Source: Eledone cirrhosa
Lineage: Eukaryota
Assembly: GCA_964016885.1 (NCBI GenBank)
Contig: OZ024741.1
Location: 208,568,001-208,632,000 of the forward strand
DNA: 64,000 nucleotides
Direction of reading: 5' to 3'
The translations under genes were made by a program, and so were the position numbers. The notes under the pieces are model-generated. The model saw only the letters and a list, made by a program, of their open reading frames with translations. It did no database searches and was not told the origin of the DNA. Positions 62,701 through 64,000 of the stretch are shown here, one piece after another. Every line of letters begins with the position of its first letter. Position 1 is the first letter of the stretch.

Positions 62701-64000
62701 ACTTCCTAGAACTACCACCATCACCGCTACAACCAACACTACCACTACACAGAACTACCACCATCACCACTACATCCACCACCACCACTTCCCAGAATAC
62801 CACTATCACCACTACAACCAACACCATCACTTCCCAGAACTACCACCATCACCACTACAACCAACAAGATCACTTCCCAGAGATACCACTATCACCACTA
62901 CAACCAACACCACCACTTCCCAAAACTACCACCATCACCACTGCAACCAACAGCACCACCATCATCACTACAACCAACACCACCACTTCCCAGAACTACC
63001 ACCATCACCACTACAACCAACACCACAACTACCCAGAACTACCACCATCATCACTACAACCAACACCACCACTTCCCAGAACAACCACCATCACCACTAC
63101 AAACAACACCACCACTTCCCAGAACTACCACCATCACCACTACAACCAACAACACTACTTCCCAGAACTACCACCATCACCACTACAACCAACAACACTA
63201 CTTCCCAGAACTACCACCATCAACACTACAACCAACAACACCACTACACAGAACTACCACCTTCATCACTACAACCACCACCACCACTTCCCTGGACTAC
63301 CACCATCACCACTACAACCAAGACCACCACTTCCCAGAACAACCACCATCATCACTACAACCACCACCACCACTTCCCAGGACTACCACCATCACCACTA
63401 CAACCAACACCACCACTACCCAGAAATACCACCATCACCACTACAACCAACACCACCACTTCCCAGAACTACCACCATCACCACTACAACCAACACCACC
63501 ACTACCCAGAACAACCACCATCATCACTACAACCAAGACCACCACTTCCCAGAACTACCACCATCACCACTACAACCAACACCACCACTACCCAGAACAA
63601 CCACCATCATCACTACAACCACCACCACCACTTCCCAGAACTACCACCATCACCACTACAACCAATACCACCACTTCCCAGAACTACCACCATCACCACT
63701 ACAACCAAGACCACCACTTCCCAGAACTACCACCATCACCACTTCCCAGAACTACCACCATTACCACTACAACCAACACCACCACTCGCCAGAACTACCA
63801 CCATCACCACTACAACCAATACACAACACTTCCCAGAACAACCACTATCATCACTACAACCAACACCACCACTTCCCAGAACAACCACCATCACCACTAC
63901 AACCAACACACACCACTTCCCAGAACAACCACCATCATCACTACAACCAACACCACCACTTCCCAGAACTACCACCATTACCACTACAACCAACACCACC
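37690..64000. repeat. Higher-order mega-unit, copy B (truncated by window end)
   Basis: Colinear with 5350-33800. It differs by whole-monomer indels, a few short deletions, poly-C lengths and scattered SNPs. Confidence 0.93.
44411..61369 (+). repeat. Eleven dispersed poly-C microsatellites in copy B
   Basis: Start(length): 44411(11), 46329(9), 47292(10), 49518(14), 51470(16), 53409(12), 54522(11), 55806(9), 56857(13), 59090(8), 61358(12). Confidence 0.95.

Larger units (their letters stand above)
1..64000. repeat. 43-bp tandem satellite / giant minisatellite array (~1,490 monomers), running off both window ends
   Basis: The unit CCCAGAACTACCACCATCACCACTACAACCAACACCACCACTT (e.g. 1021-1063) recurs head-to-tail throughout. 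Monomers typically differ by a few substitutions, with recurrent 41-, 42- and 58-bp length variants. No inversion or unique insertion was seen. Confidence 0.99.

Noticed and set aside
11244-63999. The 17 minus-strand Val/Gly-rich ORFs (63-121 aa) as membrane peptides or a gene family
   Set aside because: They are the reverse translation of the repeat and appear only where small indels skip the stop-rich frame. Their mutual identity just reflects block duplications, and most start at GTG/TTG-type codons that occur in every monomer.
1-64000. Giant mucin-like / Thr-rich PTS coding exon
   Set aside because: The Thr-rich frame lasts only one monomer because the unit is 43 bp. Frequent 1-2-bp indels, variable poly-C tracts and scattered stop variants show no frame conservation, and there is no signal peptide or non-repeat domain.
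1-64000. CRISPR array or other repeat-spacer system
   Set aside because: The sequence between the constant CCCAGAAC anchors is the same in every unit. There are no unique spacers, no leader and no cas genes.
1-64000. Telomerase-made telomere tract
   Set aside because: The skew is telomere-like, but no canonical telomeric motif such as CCCTAA is repeated. Variants are inherited in kb-scale duplicated blocks, which indicates recombination rather than templated addition.
1-64000. Pure sequencing artefact (rolling-circle concatemer or synthetic repeat)
   Set aside because: Complex variant patterns are reproduced faithfully at several offsets with hierarchical indels, which random error on one template would not give. 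Mis-assembly of copy number remains possible.
1-64000. Structured ncRNA, tRNA, rRNA, terminators, inverted repeats or transposon ends
   Set aside because: With about one G per 43 nt on the plus strand and no orientation switch there is almost no capacity for Watson-Crick stems, and no such motifs were seen.

Overview
The whole 64-kb window is one uninterrupted head-to-tail tandem array (satellite / giant minisatellite) of a 43-bp monomer, consensus CCCAGAACTACCACCATCACCACTACAACCAACACCACCACTT, about 1,490 copies (64000/43). It is all in one orientation and I saw no unique sequence. It looks eukaryotic, but the organism cannot be determined from the sequence. I found no credible gene, RNA gene, transposon or CRISPR array; the listed ORFs are translations of the repeat. 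The interesting content is the structure. (1) A ~30.5-kb higher-order unit is present twice (~5.35-33.8 kb and ~37.7-64 kb). (2) Nested 1.1-6.4-kb duplications can be ordered in time relative to that unit. (3) There are three variant-defined sub-domains. (4) Eleven paired poly-C tracts per copy have an apparent origin series visible in the array. (5) Strand asymmetry is extreme (C/A versus G/T). (6) The most common monomer carries a STAT-type TTCNNNGAA palindrome. (7) The plus-strand consensus has no stop codon in any frame and is one base away from a Kozak-context ATG. Items 6 and 7 are sequence observations only and any function is speculative. All offsets were counted by hand from diagnostic variants, and block boundaries are approximate.
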